A stretch of 64,000 bases of DNA, from the NCBI GenBank assembly GCA_026770705.1, contig JANJGN010000140.1, positions 1,178,001-1,242,000 on the forward strand, written 5' to 3'. How positions within the stretch are numbered: position 1 is the stretch's first letter; each line of letters starts with the position of its first letter. Shown here piece after piece: positions 62,901 to 64,000 of this stretch. The notes beneath the pieces are model-generated. The model made no database searches and was not told where the DNA came from. It was given only the letters and a program-made list of their open reading frames with translations. The stretch is from Isurus oxyrinchus. Lineage: Eukaryota. A program made the translations under genes and the position numbers.

Positions 62901-63790
62901 AGGAGGCGGGCAGGCTGCAGAAGGGTTTGGACAGGTTAGGAGAATTGGCAAAGAAGTAGCAGATGGAATACAACGTGAGGAAGTGTGGGGTCATGAACTT
63001 TCGTAGGAAGAATAGAGCCACGGGCCATTTTCTAAATGGGGAGAGAATTCAGAAATCGGGAGTGCAAAGGGACTTGGGCGATCTCGTCCAGGATTCTCTT
63101 AAAGTTAACTTGCAGGTTGAGTCGGTAGTTAGGAAGGCAAATACAATGTTGGCATTTATTTCGAGAGGGCTAGAATATAAAAGCAGGGATGTGCTGCTGA
63201 GGCTTTATAAGGCTCTGGTCAGACCACATTTAGAATATCGTGAGCAATTTTGGTCCCCATATCTCAGGAAGGATGTGCTGGCCCGGGAGAGGGTGCAGAG
63301 GAGGTTCACGAGACCGATCCCAGGAATAAAAACAAATGAAGAACGTTTGAGGACTCTGGGTCTATACTCAATGGAGTTTAGAAGGATGAGGGGGGATCTG
63401 ATTGAAACTTACAGAACACTGAAATGCCTGGATCAAGTGGACGTCGGAAAGATATTTCCATTAGTAGGAGAGACTAGGACCCGAGGGCACAGCCTCAGAG
63501 TAAAGGGATGACCTTTTGGAACAGAGTTGAGGATAATCTTCTTTAGCCAGAGAGTGGTGAATCTGTAGAATTCATTGCCACAGAAGGCTATGGAGGTCAG
63601 GTCATTGAGTGTATTTAAGACCGAGATAGATATTTTCTTGATTGGTAAGGGGATCAAAGGTTACTGGGAGAAGGCGGGAGAATGGGGTTGAGAAACTTAT
63701 CAGCCATGATTGAATGGCGGAGCAGACTCGATTGGCCGAAAGGCCTCATGTCTGCTCCTTTGTCTTATGATCATATGGTCTTATGGTATT
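59998..63790 (+). mobile_element. Near full-length CR1 LINE (ORF1 SGNH-esterase part and ORF2 APE/RT), disrupted
   Basis: CRPGARVRDI..VVVHVGTNNI..GLHLN (ORF1); YLNARTI, ITETW, MGDFN, YRPISL, YLDFQKAF, FVDDTK (ORF2); TCTTATGG-type tail. Confidence 0.95.
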
Positions 63791-63966
63791 GCGGCAAGTA
63801 AAGAAACGAAATGTAGCTCTTGCGGAGGTGTACTTAAGGAAAGCAGATTCCTTCCAAAATTCGAAGAGAAAACATAGAAAGAAGAAAAAAGTGCTGTAGA
63901 AAAATTGTTAAATGCAATCTTAAATGCCGAAGGCGACCAACTGTTCGAAAGCTACACCAGTCACCG

Positions 63967-63981
63967 CCACCAGAGGGCAGT
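63967..63981 (+). promoter_or_regulatory. CTCF-like motif
   Basis: CCACCAGAGGGCAGT, close to consensus. Confidence 0.6.
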
Positions 63982-64000
63982 GGGAGACTGTTGTGATCAG

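Noticed and set aside
1-64000. D/J segments, 12-RSS, constant exons, NAR-TCR V or IgH-like V
   Set aside because: Isolated CACAGTG/CACTGTG hits outside V ends lack a properly spaced nonamer, and no FGxG J motif next to an RSS was found by eye. A formal RSS scan would be decisive.

Overview
Eukaryotic DNA, most likely cartilaginous fish (shark-like; inferred from the repeat families and V-segment style). Positions 1-23.3 kb hold decayed CR1/L2 LINEs, minisatellites and a two-exon GPR139-like GPCR pseudogene. From about 23.9 to 58.7 kb lies a dense array of T-cell receptor alpha/delta-type V gene segments (leader exon, intron, V exon, RSS) in mixed orientation. Two look fully intact (34.3-34.8 kb and 47.7-48.2 kb, both minus strand), one has an open V exon but a decayed leader (52.3 kb), and about 13 are pseudogenes or relics. 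No D, J, C segment or 12-RSS was seen. Notable points: (i) a V clade with a fixed non-canonical RSS (CACACTG, 24-bp spacer, ACAAAAACC) followed 23-24 bp later by a CTCF-like motif; (ii) CTCF-like motifs about 200 bp upstream of another V clade; (iii) a young 5.15-kb Penelope-like retroelement (RT + GIY-YIG, inverted architecture, hammerhead-like motifs) inserted into a V leader, with a TSD that duplicates the start codon; (iv) a near full-length CR1 at 60-63.8 kb. There are two assembly gaps (23344-23506, 49917-50048).
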